Counted from the first letter of the stretch, positions 1 through 10,305 are shown. The stretch: DNA of 64,000 bases from Fibrobacteria bacterium (GCA_043745805.1 JAYTSD010000001.1:128001-192000); one strand, 5' to 3'. A program made the numbers and translations. The notes: generated from the letters alone by a model not told the origin.

Positions 1-515
1 ATACGTGAATAAGCATCGGCGAGGTATAACCAAGCACTGGAATTTTCGGGTTCTTCATTTAAAGCGCGGCGATAGGCGGCAATACATTCGCCATACTGTT
101 CTAGGCGAAATAGTACGGCGGCCAAATTAAATAGTGCAGGTGTGTATTTGCCGTCGGTTAAGCGTACCGATTTTTGAAAAGCCGCAGCAGCAGGAGCTAA
201 TTGATTGAGACGGAAATAACAATTTCCAATATTGAAAGCAATGATGCCTAAATCACCGCCGCGAACCTGAGCCTTTTGGTAGAGTATAAGTGCTTTGGCA
301 TATTGCCCATGATTGTAAATATCATTCGCGCGATTTACCAAATCAATGGAGCTTTGCAAGCGAATTTCCGCAGGCGCATTAGTTATGGTGGGCTTTGTTG
401 AAGTTGTATTGGGAGTGGCTGCAAAGGTTAAATTTAAGGATGCATTGGAAAGTAACAAAAATGTTACCGTAACGAATAATTTCCTATTCCCTAAAAACCT
501 AGATTTATTTTTCAT
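1..515 (-). CDS. Secreted TPR-repeat protein (TtpD-like member of the TonB operon); 3' end runs off the window
   Basis: My own translation from ATG at 515: MKNKSRFLGNRKLFVTVTFLLLSNA..., then TPR-like helices (YNHGQYAKALILYQKA, AFNIGNCYFRLNQL, ALFNLAAVLFRLEQY). Not in the ORF track because no stop falls inside the window. Confidence 0.85.
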   Translation of the reverse strand, partial: MKNKSRFLGNRKLFVTVTFLLLSNASLNLTFAATPNTTSTKPTITNAPAEIRLQSSIDLVNRANDIYNHGQYAKALILYQKAQVRGGDLGIIAFNIGNCYFRLNQLAPAAAAFQKSVRLTDGKYTPALFNLAAVLFRLEQYGECIAAYRRALNEEPENSSAWLYLADAYSR

Positions 516-521
516 AGGGCC

Positions 522-1160
522 TCAATTATTAAACTTGACTTCAAAAGGTTGATCAAGTCCGCAATAGGCGACAGCCAAGCCATCTTTGCGCGCAGGGCTA
601 AAAACCGTTTGCCTCAGGGCTTCGCGGCCAGCTTGCGCCATGCCAAGACCTGCGGGTTTTTCTTGAGAGACTTGAATATCATAAGGTTTGCCGCTCGCAT
701 CTACGCAAAAAGACAAGATTAAATACGCATCTTTTTCTGCTGATTTAATTTCGGAAGGCATACGAAACGGTGGGGGAAATGTTGCGGCAGGTCTTTCATC
801 CACGTCACCGGAAACGCTACCACCGCCCACGCCACCATTACCACTTTTGCGATTAATAATATCCGGTGAAACTAAGGCGCCCCCTAGTCCGGCAACTCCT
901 AAATCCATGGCGAAGCGAGGACCGGCTTTGATTTGTGTTTGCATCGGCTTGCTGCGTGTAGGTTGTTTGACTTGACGCTTGGCATTCTCTTGCGGTTTGG
1001 CGGCAAGGTTTTTCATTTCCACTTGCGCGACAATACGCGGACCTTTTTTTGCGCCTTTATCATTTATCCAATGATTAAGCAATGGAATGCAGACCACAAT
1101 AAAAGCACTGGCAAATAAAGCGACGATCGCGATAAATAAGCGTTTCACTATTACCTTCAT
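522..1160 (-). CDS. tonB: Energy transducer TonB
   Basis: N-terminal TM anchor, Pro/Lys/Gln-rich linker, TonB_C-like end (LSFCVDASGKPYDIQV...FSPARKDG); follows exbD. Confidence 0.85.
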   Translation of the reverse strand: MKVIVKRLFIAIVALFASAFIVVCIPLLNHWINDKGAKKGPRIVAQVEMKNLAAKPQENAKRQVKQPTRSKPMQTQIKAGPRFAMDLGVAGLGGALVSPDIINRKSGNGGVGGGSVSGDVDERPAATFPPPFRMPSEIKSAEKDAYLILSFCVDASGKPYDIQVSQEKPAGLGMAQAGREALRQTVFSPARKDGLAVAYCGLDQPFEVKFNN

Positions 1161-1564
1161 TGGGCCATAGCCGCCACGGAGATTTTTTTTGCGCCCGCCA
1201 AATTACAAGCATCCATGACATTGACTAAAACGCCGGTATTAGAATTGCGATCGGCAACTAATACGATTTCTCCTAAGGCATTTTCGGCCAGCATTCTTTT
1301 CAGCACATCTTTAAGGTTTTCCATATCCACTTGGCGTTCATTAACATGCACGGTACCTTCGCGCGTGATAGCCACGAGGATACTTTGGCGATTGAGTTCG
1401 GCGGCGCTTTGGGCTTGTGGTTTATCCACCGATACGCCGGTTTCCTTGGTTAACGTGGAGGTTAAGATAGTGAAAATAAGTAATACAAAAACCACGTCAA
1501 TTAAAGGGACGACATCGAGATGAAAGCCTTGGCGTTTTTTAGGTGTAATTACAAAAGATTCCAT
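1157..1564 (-). CDS. exbD: ExbD/TolR biopolymer transport protein
   Basis: LDVVPLIDVVFVLLIF TM motif with the conserved Asp; LVADRNS...VMDAC motif. Confidence 0.92.
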   Translation of the reverse strand: MESFVITPKKRQGFHLDVVPLIDVVFVLLIFTILTSTLTKETGVSVDKPQAQSAAELNRQSILVAITREGTVHVNERQVDMENLKDVLKRMLAENALGEIVLVADRNSNTGVLVNVMDACNLAGAKKISVAAMAQ

Positions 1565-2211
1565 TATTTTTGCCTCCCCATTGGGGTTGATTCGGGACCA
1601 TAAAGTTCATTAAGCATAAGCGTAATCAAATACTCTACTTGATTTTGTAACCATTGTACGCGACCTTCTAGGCGCTGCCCTAAAAGAATTAGTACAATGG
1701 CTAAAAGTAATCCGCTTTGCGTGGCGATAAGCGCTTCGGAAATTCCATCGGCTAAAAGCGTAGGATTACCATTGCCATATTCATTCATGACTTTAAAAGT
1801 GTGAATTAAGCCGCTAACTGTGCCGAGAAGGCCCATGAGCGGGGCAGCGGCGGCCATGACGCGAATAAGGGGTAAATGTCTTTCGAGGCCATGTAAAGCC
1901 ATGGCGAGCTTTTCTTCTAATAAGCGGCGCAAAGCGCGTTCGGGTAAATGGCTGTTTTGGGTAACGATTTCAATACCGTAACGGATAAGATAAGGTGTTT
2001 TTTTAGAGAGAATATTTACTTCCGTTAAATTTCTCTGACGAATCAATATTTTTATTTTGTCGAAAATCGGATTCAAATTGACTTTCCATAAGCCAGCACC
2101 CAAATTAAAATAAGTTCCTAGTACCAAACAAAATCCCCAAAACCCCACCGAAAAAATGGGGATGATGACAAAGCCACCTTTGGCATAAGTATCGTAAATA
2201 ATTTCAAACAT
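1564..2211 (-). CDS. exbB: MotA/TolQ/ExbB proton channel
   Basis: AAPLMGLLGTVSGLI and LADGISEALIATQSGL motifs. Confidence 0.9.
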   Translation of the reverse strand: MFEIIYDTYAKGGFVIIPIFSVGFWGFCLVLGTYFNLGAGLWKVNLNPIFDKIKILIRQRNLTEVNILSKKTPYLIRYGIEIVTQNSHLPERALRRLLEEKLAMALHGLERHLPLIRVMAAAAPLMGLLGTVSGLIHTFKVMNEYGNGNPTLLADGISEALIATQSGLLLAIVLILLGQRLEGRVQWLQNQVEYLITLMLNELYGPESTPMGRQK

Positions 2212-2232
2212 CGGCGTTTCCGTAACTTAAAA

Positions 2233-3741
2233 TTATTTCTCTGGCCAAATTTTGTTTAAAACTTCTAAGCTGCAACTATTTAGCGTAGCTTGTAAGGTAT
2301 CGAGTTTTTCATTTAAAAAACCATGAATAAGTAATACCGGAATAGCAATGGCTAAACCTGTTTCCGTATTAATCAATGCTTCGGAAATACCACCCGCTAG
2401 CACTTTTGGATCATTGGCTCCCAGTTGATTGAGAATTTTAAATAAAGTGATTAAACCGGAAACGGTACCTAATAAGCCGAGCAAAGGAGCGGCTGCACCC
2501 ATAGCCGCAATCAGCGGCAGTCTTTTTTCCAAGGCTGGAACTTCGCGTAATAAAGCTTCGCGTACAGCTTTCTCGGCGGCTTCGCGGCTTTCATCCACAT
2601 GTTCCACAATAGCGCCTAAGGCATGGGCTAAGCTGCTCGAAGAGTCTTTGCATAAAGCATTTGCTTCTTTCCATTTTTTTTCTTTGGCGAAAGCTAAAAA
2701 TTTTGCCATGAAGGATTCTGCATTGGTACTACGGCGAGCGAAATAAAAGAAACGTTCCAAAATCATCAACAAGGCTAGTAACCCCACGGCTACGAGTGGA
2801 TAAAGGGTTACGCCACCTTCCTTAAACCATGTCGTCACAATTTTACCAAAACTTTGTTTTTCGCTTTGTACAAAACCCGAACCTACACTTTTGTATTGTA
2901 AAACGTCTAGTGGGAGTTCAATGCCATTTTTTCCTTGCACGGCGGACTGAATACTTTGGTTGAGTAAACGATTATAATCTTGGGCTAAATCACTGCGCCA
3001 AACAAAAGTTTTCCCTTGCAAGTTACCGGTGCGTAATAAGATTTGACTTTCGTCTTTGCCGCCCTTTTCTAATTCGGCAATAAATATGGTTCCTAATTGT
3101 AGGCGCCAAGCATTGGCACTGCGACCGCTTGCAAAGAGTGTTTGTTTGGTAGTGAGGCTTTGGGTTGTGGTTAAAGTGTAACGTTGCAAACTAGTTTGCA
3201 AATACAAATCTAAGGCGGCGCGCGTGTCGGGATTCGTAGCGGTAATGATTTGTGTCGCTTTGGAATAACCTAAGGTACGGACATCAATACCTACGGGAAT
3301 ATCAATAGCCAAATTTTCGGCAGCATTATTAATGGTTTGTTTTACGGTAACATTAAAATTTTCCCAAGAGGCTTTTGCAGCTTGTAATTCACCTTCTTTA
3401 TCTTTGCTTTCATTTTGCGCTTTGATGAGTTCTTCTTCTAAACGACCGACATCCGCCGAAAGTCGACTGTATTTGTCTTCCAATGCGCGAGCTTTCTCTT
3501 CCGCTTCTTTGGCTTTGGTGCTTTGCTTATAGCGATTTTCCCAACGAGTCGCTTCGGCTTTTTGCAGAGTTTCTAATTTTTCCGCTTTAAGCGATTCCAA
3601 GGCGGATAGCTCTTGCTTTAATCCCGCTAAAACCTTTTGTGTCGGATCAATTTTTTCATCCTTTGCAAAAATCGCAGTGGAAAAAACCAAAGTGGCAAGC
3701 AAAGTATTATATAGATGAGGAGTAACAAATCGGTTACGCAT
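2233..3741 (-). CDS. TtpC-like ExbB-family protein with signal peptide and long periplasmic coiled coil
   Basis: Signal peptide, coiled coil, LPLDV motif, C-terminal AAPLLGLLGTVSG...LAGGISEALINT. Confidence 0.85.
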   Translation of the reverse strand: MRNRFVTPHLYNTLLATLVFSTAIFAKDEKIDPTQKVLAGLKQELSALESLKAEKLETLQKAEATRWENRYKQSTKAKEAEEKARALEDKYSRLSADVGRLEEELIKAQNESKDKEGELQAAKASWENFNVTVKQTINNAAENLAIDIPVGIDVRTLGYSKATQIITATNPDTRAALDLYLQTSLQRYTLTTTQSLTTKQTLFASGRSANAWRLQLGTIFIAELEKGGKDESQILLRTGNLQGKTFVWRSDLAQDYNRLLNQSIQSAVQGKNGIELPLDVLQYKSVGSGFVQSEKQSFGKIVTTWFKEGGVTLYPLVAVGLLALLMILERFFYFARRSTNAESFMAKFLAFAKEKKWKEANALCKDSSSSLAHALGAIVEHVDESREAAEKAVREALLREVPALEKRLPLIAAMGAAAPLLGLLGTVSGLITLFKILNQLGANDPKVLAGGISEALINTETGLAIAIPVLLIHGFLNEKLDTLQATLNSCSLEVLNKIWPEK

Positions 3742-4586
3742 TATTTTTCTCCTTTCGCGGAGTCAAGTGTCAAGCTTAAAGGAAGAGATACCAGTTGCGG
3801 AGGCTTTTTGGCGCCTTTGACTTCAATGGCTTGTTTAACCGCTTTGCGTTCTAAAAAGGAAAGATCTTCGCGCCAATCATAGCTTGCACCTTTGCGTTCT
3901 AAAATGCCAAAGTTTTTGCCTTCATCATCCATATAAACCAAATACTGATTTCCAACTTTGAGAATTTGTGCATTAATGGATTCGCCATTTTTAAGCGTAA
4001 GCGGTTTATTAATCAAAGCGATTTCATCTCCTTGTTTAATTTCTTCTTTGAGTATTCCATTAAAGCGAGAAAAGCCTTCGTCAATACTGGCAGAGCCACT
4101 TTCTAAATCTTTTTGCAAACCTTTCACTCGGTCACGTCGATTAGATAATTCCCATGGCAAAGATCCGGCAATAGCCGAATCTAAGGTTTGAGCATATTTG
4201 GCTACCAATAAAGACAGGTTTTTTTGTTGCGCTTTAATTTCTTCCAAACTGTTTTGGCGACGAGCTACGCCATTGCGTTCCGTTTCTATTTTAGCTTGGG
4301 TAGCATGCAGTTTATTTTGCAAAGTAGTATTTTCTTGGAATCTTCTTTCCAAATCTTTAGCTTGCCTATCTTGGGATTGCTGTGAGCGCGCGTCTTCATC
4401 ACGACGCAAAGAATCGGTTTTGGATATATCGCCTTCTAATTTTTGCACAGTTTTTTTCAACTGCGCAATTTCCACCTTCGTTTTTTGTAGCTCACTTTCC
4501 AAATCAGGTGTTTGGGCAAAGGCTGTGGATAAGCATAAGGATAGGCATAAGCCTAGTCCAGTAGCACAAATATTAAGATGTTTCAT
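3741..4586 (-). CDS. DUF3450-like (TtpB-like) periplasmic coiled-coil protein
   Basis: Start moved to ATG 4586, which has a GAGGTG RBS. Signal peptide, coiled coil, LPW..RRDRV and LKVG motifs; expected position in a TonB2-type operon. Confidence 0.75.
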   Translation of the reverse strand: MKHLNICATGLGLCLSLCLSTAFAQTPDLESELQKTKVEIAQLKKTVQKLEGDISKTDSLRRDEDARSQQSQDRQAKDLERRFQENTTLQNKLHATQAKIETERNGVARRQNSLEEIKAQQKNLSLLVAKYAQTLDSAIAGSLPWELSNRRDRVKGLQKDLESGSASIDEGFSRFNGILKEEIKQGDEIALINKPLTLKNGESINAQILKVGNQYLVYMDDEGKNFGILERKGASYDWREDLSFLERKAVKQAIEVKGAKKPPQLVSLPLSLTLDSAKGEK

Positions 4587-4612
4587 AATTCCCTCACCTC
4601 GGATTGAAATAT

Positions 4613-6292
4613 TTATTGACATAATTTTTCACTTTTATGGGATTCGCAATAAGCTTGCGCATGTTTACAGAGTACATCGGAACGGCCAGGTTTATCGAGA
4701 CAATAGCTCACCAAGCCTAATTGACATTGTTCCGGTTTCCAATTTTCTACCAAACAGTATTCCCACAATTCTCGTTTGCAAGCATTAGATTCTTTTTGTT
4801 CAAAGCAGGATTTTTTTGCGGGTAGGCAAGTGGTGTTCGAAGCGGAAACCAGAAAGTTCTTTTCCGTGCAATATTTTAAATCGGTTTTTTCTTTTAACCC
4901 AGAAATTTTTTGCCATACCATGGCAGAATCGCAAGGACTATTCACGGAATCTTTTCTTTCCATGCAAGTATAAATAGCGTCCTCCCGACAATCCGGATCT
5001 TTCCATTTATTCTCAGCACAGTAACTGCGATAATACCCTCGACAATCGGCATTATCAAACCAACCCTTGCTATGACAGTAGTTCGCGCGTACCGCTTGCA
5101 CGGAATAGGATTTAGTTAAATTATCTGTTTTGATTAAAACATCGAAAGAATCTTTAATCGCCCCAGCAAAAATACCTGCGGCACCAATAATATTGTATTT
5201 GGGCTTAACTCGTGGATCATCGGCTTGCTGAATAGCGGTTTGAGTATAGTCACTATAGGCTTTTTCATAACCGTAAAAATAAAGACGATTAAGTTTAGTT
5301 TGAAACCAAGTATTCACTACTCCCAAGCTATCCAGTACATTTCCCCCATTTTTTTTCGGGAAGGAAGGATAATCGAGTAAGCGTCGTATATGTCCTGGGA
5401 AGTAATATTCTTCAGGTTTGGGTTTTATTCCTACAGGTGAATCAAAGGCGGTTTCTGGACGATAACCTGTGCTGTCAAAGAATTGGGTGATAAGTACATC
5501 TTCCACATCATCGCTGCGTGTGGAGAGATAGTAATGAGAAAGTGTATTGAACGCTCCATTTAAATAGAACAGGGTATCTTTTTCAGTATAATTTTTTGTT
5601 TCTTGTTGAACTAATTTGAATACTCTTGCCTGAATGGCGCGACCATTTTTTGCCAGATAATTTCCTTGTCCTGTGGTATCTAAAAAATATATTTGTAGGC
5701 TATCGTATTCTTTGGAAATAATTGCTTTTGTATTTTTGGGTAATGAATTAAATCCTTCTACGGAAAAAATATTTTCCGGAACTTGTCCAGTAAATGCAAG
5801 AGCAGGCGTTGTAGCGGAGTCATTGATGGAAAATAAATGTGGGATATTTGCCGTTGCGGATATGCGCGTGACTTTACTTTCACCGGCGCTATCCCAAACG
5901 ATACGTGCATTTAAAGTATAGCTTTCGCCATTCATGGCTTTTTGCGAAGTATCTCCCGAAAAACAATTAGGCACATTGCTATTTGGCGATAAATTTACTG
6001 TGGTTACCGACCCATTAAAGTTACCAGTAACATTAATGGCTGCACTATCATAAAAACCGAAGGCCGGAGTGCTTTCTTGATTTAAGGGCACAAACTTTTC
6101 AAAACAAATGGACTGCACGGGAAGTTTGGCTATAATGCTGCCGGTTACCCATATCCCTTGATAAACGGGTGGGTTTTTAGGGGTATAATCCCAAGGCCCT
6201 TGAATACAGCTTCCCAAAGCCAATGCCGTTAAAAGAATTAGCTTGCGAATTAGGTTACGTAACGTAGGTTTGTAATTAGAAATAATATTCAT
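4613..6292 (-). CDS. Lipoprotein partner of the TonB-dependent receptor (DUF4249-like) with Cys-rich C-terminal repeats
   Basis: Lipobox LALGSC; NIIGAAGIFAG motif; 16 Cys in the last ~155 aa. Confidence 0.65.
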   Translation of the reverse strand: MNIISNYKPTLRNLIRKLILLTALALGSCIQGPWDYTPKNPPVYQGIWVTGSIIAKLPVQSICFEKFVPLNQESTPAFGFYDSAAINVTGNFNGSVTTVNLSPNSNVPNCFSGDTSQKAMNGESYTLNARIVWDSAGESKVTRISATANIPHLFSINDSATTPALAFTGQVPENIFSVEGFNSLPKNTKAIISKEYDSLQIYFLDTTGQGNYLAKNGRAIQARVFKLVQQETKNYTEKDTLFYLNGAFNTLSHYYLSTRSDDVEDVLITQFFDSTGYRPETAFDSPVGIKPKPEEYYFPGHIRRLLDYPSFPKKNGGNVLDSLGVVNTWFQTKLNRLYFYGYEKAYSDYTQTAIQQADDPRVKPKYNIIGAAGIFAGAIKDSFDVLIKTDNLTKSYSVQAVRANYCHSKGWFDNADCRGYYRSYCAENKWKDPDCREDAIYTCMERKDSVNSPCDSAMVWQKISGLKEKTDLKYCTEKNFLVSASNTTCLPAKKSCFEQKESNACKRELWEYCLVENWKPEQCQLGLVSYCLDKPGRSDVLCKHAQAYCESHKSEKLCQ

Positions 6293-8717
6293 AATTTACC
6301 AAAACCGGAAAGAAGGGGAACTGAGTGACTTTTAACAATGCAGGAGGATTTTTTTGAGTGTTATAGAAATACAGAAAAACATTTTCATGATTTGTAATAT
6401 TTAAAATAGTCCAAGAAAAATTCCATTTCCCTTCCCGACCCCAATCCACCGCTTTAATATCCCAACGGAAATAAGGGGGAACAAAAGCCATATTGCGATT
6501 GCTTTTGATGAGACTGACATTATCATTGAATTCGGGATTAGGTCCGCCGGCTTGTTTACCTTGATTTTGATCTTGTAAATGTGTGGGTAAATAGCCTATC
6601 ACTTCGGTATAAGGAAGACCTGTTGCATATTTGATTTGCATGGAGCTGCGAAAATAGCGCCCTTTTATATTCGAAGCCCACATCCCATCTTTGCCCTTCC
6701 AATTAATGGCTAAGTCTCCTTTAAAACTATGCGGCTGATGCCATTTGGGATAATAAGCGGTAGGATTTCCCTCTTCTATGGAAACCGAATATCCATGACT
6801 ATAACTTAATCCTCCAAACAATAATCCTTCCGGTCGACGCAAGGACGTTTCAAAACCATAACTATAACCTTCTGCTTTTATGAATTTATCTCCCAAGGAA
6901 GATTGTGGGTCTTTGAGTACAGAGTCGGGAACATCATTAGGAGAAAACACTAATAGATTATTAAGCGTTTTATAATATCCTTCTAGGGTAAAATCAAATT
7001 GATTGAATAATTTTTCTTTTCCGTATCCTAAGGAAAAAAGTAGGGAAGATGTGGGCTGAATGGTTTGGTATTTTACTTTTTTAGAGGGGTAATAGAATTC
7101 ATTAATGGTTTCGAAATCACCAAATTGTATGGAGTTTACATATTGCAAATAATAGCCGGTATGGAAATCGAGGGATTGATCATAAGGCAGTTTTTGTTTA
7201 AGGGAAAAGCGTGGCTCTAATCCAATTTTATTTATGGCGCTTTCATAATTACTGCGTAAACCAGTGGTGATTTCCGTGGAATTTAAGGACCATTTATCTT
7301 GTAGAAAAAAACTACTTAAGGAAAAGGATGTTATATCCGTTTCTTTAACTTTAGCGATAACTTGATTATTAGTAAAGTCAGTGTTTAGCCAATTTAATTC
7401 TAAGCCTGTAGTGAGACGATGATTTTCAATGCCCGTATATTCAAAAACCGGTTTAAGCATATAGGTTTCGATACGATTATAAAAGGAGAAAATATTTTGC
7501 AGGGCAAAAGTTTGACTGAATAAACTATACGAAGCGGTGGTTTGTAAGGACATGTTATCCGAAATTTTATTTGTGTAATTAAAGGGGATAATGGTGTTTC
7601 CCCATTCCACCGTAAAAGGACTAAAGTCTAATTTATCTCTTCCCGTATAAAAGGAAAGCATACTTTGTTGTTCTTTATTAAAGGTATATTGCAGGTTACC
7701 TTGGCCATCATAAAAAAAGTAATTCAAGTTTAAGTCGGTAATGCCTGCATGGCGCAATTGATCGATAATTTCTTTGATATAGGTTCCGCGTCCGGCTAAT
7801 AACCAACGGAGTTTTCCTTCATGCCCTTCATTATGAATTTGTGTGGCAAAGGTGCTGATTTTAATTGAGCTCTTGGTCCAGCTCTCTACGGTGTCCTCAC
7901 CGCCTTTGCGAGATTTTATATCGAGTACGGAAGATAAGCGATTTCCATATTCTGGTGGAAAGCCGCCTTTATAAAAGGTAACATCGTCAATACCCTCCAC
8001 TAAAAATGTGGAAAACAAACCAAAGAAATGGACGGGAGAATAAACCACCGCTTTATCCAAAAGAATTAGGTTTTGATCTGCGCCACCGCCACGTACATAA
8101 ATTTTGGTAGAAAAATCCGAGCTAGAAACCACACCGGGTAAACCTTGAATGGATCGCATGACATCGGCTTCCGCTAAGCCTGGCATACGCTTAATCAGCT
8201 TTGCACTGACGGTACTTTTACCTAGCGCGCGTTTGGGTGTACGTTGAGCGCGTACTAATACTTTTTTTAATTGCACGGCCTCTTCCGATTTAAGAGCCGC
8301 ATCACTTGCATTTGAATTAGCGGCAGAATCGATTGGATCTAATGTGGAGGCGGAGGAGTCGGGATTGAGAGCATTTGCAACGACAAGGCCATTAGCACCT
8401 AAAGTGGCAGCAAAGGTAGAGTCCTTGCCATGATACTCTAGCAAATAACATTTCTCTAAATCGTCACGGCGAAAACACAAATTCCAAGCGGTGTCTTGTG
8501 GAAGTAAAACCGTAAAGGGTTGATTAAAGTATACATGGGTGGTGTCGCCACTTTCCAAGACTTCCAAGCGAATAGGTGCGGTATGGAGTGAAGACGGGAT
8601 ATTAAAGGCCGTATCGACAAAGTTACCCTGATATTTTATACCGGATGATGTTCCTGCATTTAAGATGCCTAAGGCACTTAATAATACGAGGATAAAGAAA
8701 TAGTTCATACTTTTCAT
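6276..8717 (-). CDS. TonB-dependent outer-membrane receptor
   Basis: Plug motifs (DVMRSIQGLPGV, IYVRGGGADQNLILLD, YKGGFPPEYGNRLSSVLDI); amphipathic barrel strands; C-terminal Phe. Confidence 0.93.
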   Translation of the reverse strand: MKSMNYFFILVLLSALGILNAGTSSGIKYQGNFVDTAFNIPSSLHTAPIRLEVLESGDTTHVYFNQPFTVLLPQDTAWNLCFRRDDLEKCYLLEYHGKDSTFAATLGANGLVVANALNPDSSASTLDPIDSAANSNASDAALKSEEAVQLKKVLVRAQRTPKRALGKSTVSAKLIKRMPGLAEADVMRSIQGLPGVVSSSDFSTKIYVRGGGADQNLILLDKAVVYSPVHFFGLFSTFLVEGIDDVTFYKGGFPPEYGNRLSSVLDIKSRKGGEDTVESWTKSSIKISTFATQIHNEGHEGKLRWLLAGRGTYIKEIIDQLRHAGITDLNLNYFFYDGQGNLQYTFNKEQQSMLSFYTGRDKLDFSPFTVEWGNTIIPFNYTNKISDNMSLQTTASYSLFSQTFALQNIFSFYNRIETYMLKPVFEYTGIENHRLTTGLELNWLNTDFTNNQVIAKVKETDITSFSLSSFFLQDKWSLNSTEITTGLRSNYESAINKIGLEPRFSLKQKLPYDQSLDFHTGYYLQYVNSIQFGDFETINEFYYPSKKVKYQTIQPTSSLLFSLGYGKEKLFNQFDFTLEGYYKTLNNLLVFSPNDVPDSVLKDPQSSLGDKFIKAEGYSYGFETSLRRPEGLLFGGLSYSHGYSVSIEEGNPTAYYPKWHQPHSFKGDLAINWKGKDGMWASNIKGRYFRSSMQIKYATGLPYTEVIGYLPTHLQDQNQGKQAGGPNPEFNDNVSLIKSNRNMAFVPPYFRWDIKAVDWGREGKWNFSWTILNITNHENVFLYFYNTQKNPPALLKVTQFPFFPVLVNYEYYF

Positions 8718-8735
8718 GCGATAAAGCTCTCAGAA

Positions 8736-8771
8736 GTTAACAATGTAAACTATTTCTGGACAATTTGTCAA
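8736..8771 (-). promoter_or_regulatory. sigma70-type promoter of the receptor operon overlapped by a TetR-type operator
   Basis: Minus strand reads TTGACA-N18-TACATT. Near-palindrome GTTAACAATGTAAAC at 8736-8750 covers the -10. Confidence 0.75.
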
Positions 8772-9376
8772 CGCTGTTCCAATAGTCGACGCCCTTTGGG
8801 CGAGCAAATACCAAGAAAACAAAGCATAGTTGAGTCCTTAAATAATTGTTTAAACTCAACAATGTCCATGGGAAGTTTGTGCGAAAGAAATAAGGCTACT
8901 AGCCCATGACTATGTGCCCAAATAGACAGAGCGACTTTGTACGGATCTCCCTTTTGAAAAATCCCTTCATGCATACATTCTTGTACTCGATCTATTAAAA
9001 ATTGAAATGTGGCTTCTCCTTTGCTTTTTATATCAGGCGGGGTTTCACCGTGACCTAATTGCTCTGGGGCCATAAAAAGAACTTCATAATATTTGCTTTG
9101 TTCTAGCGCAAAAAGTAAATAGGCTTCTCCGCCTAATTGAAATCGCTCTAAAGGGGATTTTCCTTCTAAGGCTTTGTATAAATAGGCACCAAACAGAGTA
9201 AAGCCTTCGCCAATCACTTTATAGATTAGGCTTTCTTTGTTTTTATAATGACGATAAATTGCGGTGGCCGAGACATTGAGCTGTTCGGCAATTTTTCGCA
9301 TGGATAAACCATGCAGTCCATGTTCTAAGTATAGATCGCGAGCTGATTCTAAAATTTTCTGGGATAAGTCCGACAT
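8768..9376 (-). CDS. TetR/AcrR family transcriptional regulator
   Basis: HTH GLSMRKIAEQLNVSATAIYRHYKNKE; C-terminal WAHSHG (WHG-type) motif. Start set at ATG 9376 (MSDLSQKIL). Confidence 0.93.
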   Translation of the reverse strand: MSDLSQKILESARDLYLEHGLHGLSMRKIAEQLNVSATAIYRHYKNKESLIYKVIGEGFTLFGAYLYKALEGKSPLERFQLGGEAYLLFALEQSKYYEVLFMAPEQLGHGETPPDIKSKGEATFQFLIDRVQECMHEGIFQKGDPYKVALSIWAHSHGLVALFLSHKLPMDIVEFKQLFKDSTMLCFLGICSPKGRRLLEQR

Positions 9377-9412
9377 GTTAACAATGTTAACTATTTCGGG
9401 GAGGCAATTCAA
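9377..9412 (-). promoter_or_regulatory. tetR promoter and auto-operator
   Basis: Minus strand reads TTGAAT-N17-TAACAT, then 7 nt to the ATG. Palindrome GTTAAC-AAT-GTTAAC at 9377-9391. Confidence 0.75.
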
Positions 9413-10305
9413 GTACTATAAAAAAACTTCCCTATGGCCCAAGCGGGAAATACAAATAATACGCAAGTAAAGGCCGCCAAAGGAGGCACGGAGTTGGTTA
9501 ACATGCCCAATCCATCCACTAGGGGTAAAAGTCGTAGTAGCATCCCAATGGTTTGCCCAGTGGCTGCAGGAGAGGGATCTTTTATCAAACGCGTAAGAGG
9601 TTTATGTAAAAACCAACCAATGGCGATGAGTAAAATAACGCCTAAGGATTGCGACGGCTTATCGGGTGAGGGCTTACTCAAAATTAACCAAGTACTGCAC
9701 CATGCAAATAAGCCAATTAAAAAATAGCGTACTTTTTCCAATTTATTACCCTGCACTTCATCGCGCGCTAAATAAGTGACCAAAGCGATATAACCCCATA
9801 AAGAAAATAAGGCAATGCCCCATGATTTATTTACAGCGGCTTCTAAAGGCAAAGTTTTCCAAGCTAAACTCATTCCGGTTAAAAGATTAAGCAAGCGGCA
9901 AAGGCCCATGGAAGCTGGGCCCCAGAAGCTACCCTTAAGCGAAAAATTATAAGCAAAAATACTGAGGCATAAAGCTAAAGCAAATCCCGCGGATAAAGGA
10001 TTCGCAAAAAATAACAGTAATAAACCCCCAAGCATAAACACTAAACTTAAAGTCCAAGCTTGTTTTAAGGTAATGGCGCCGGAAGGTAAAGGGCGATTGG
10101 GCCTTTCTTCGGCATCAATTTGGTAATCGGCAATATCATTTAAAGCCATACCCGCAGCAATAAACACAGCAGCCGCGATTAATCCTGCGCCTAAAGCCCA
10201 ACTTAAAGTACGTCCGCCAGCTATGAGGTAACCGGCATAGGCATTAGACATGGAGCTAAAAATGGTGGGTAAGCGTATTAAGGCAAAATAGGACGGTAAC
10301 TTCAA
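9409..10305 (-). CDS. UbiA-family prenyltransferase, EboC-like
   Basis: LNDIADYQIDAEERPNRPLPSG, MGLCRLLNLL and YIALVTYLARDEVQG motifs; multi-TM. Confidence 0.85.
   Translation of the reverse strand: MKLPSYFALIRLPTIFSSMSNAYAGYLIAGGRTLSWALGAGLIAAAVFIAAGMALNDIADYQIDAEERPNRPLPSGAITLKQAWTLSLVFMLGGLLLLFFANPLSAGFALALCLSIFAYNFSLKGSFWGPASMGLCRLLNLLTGMSLAWKTLPLEAAVNKSWGIALFSLWGYIALVTYLARDEVQGNKLEKVRYFLIGLFAWCSTWLILSKPSPDKPSQSLGVILLIAIGWFLHKPLTRLIKDPSPAATGQTIGMLLRLLPLVDGLGMLTNSVPPLAAFTCVLFVFPAWAIGKFFYST

Noticed and set aside
4524-4532. DnaA-box-like 9-mer
   Set aside because: Isolated and inside a coding sequence, with no cluster or origin-associated genes.
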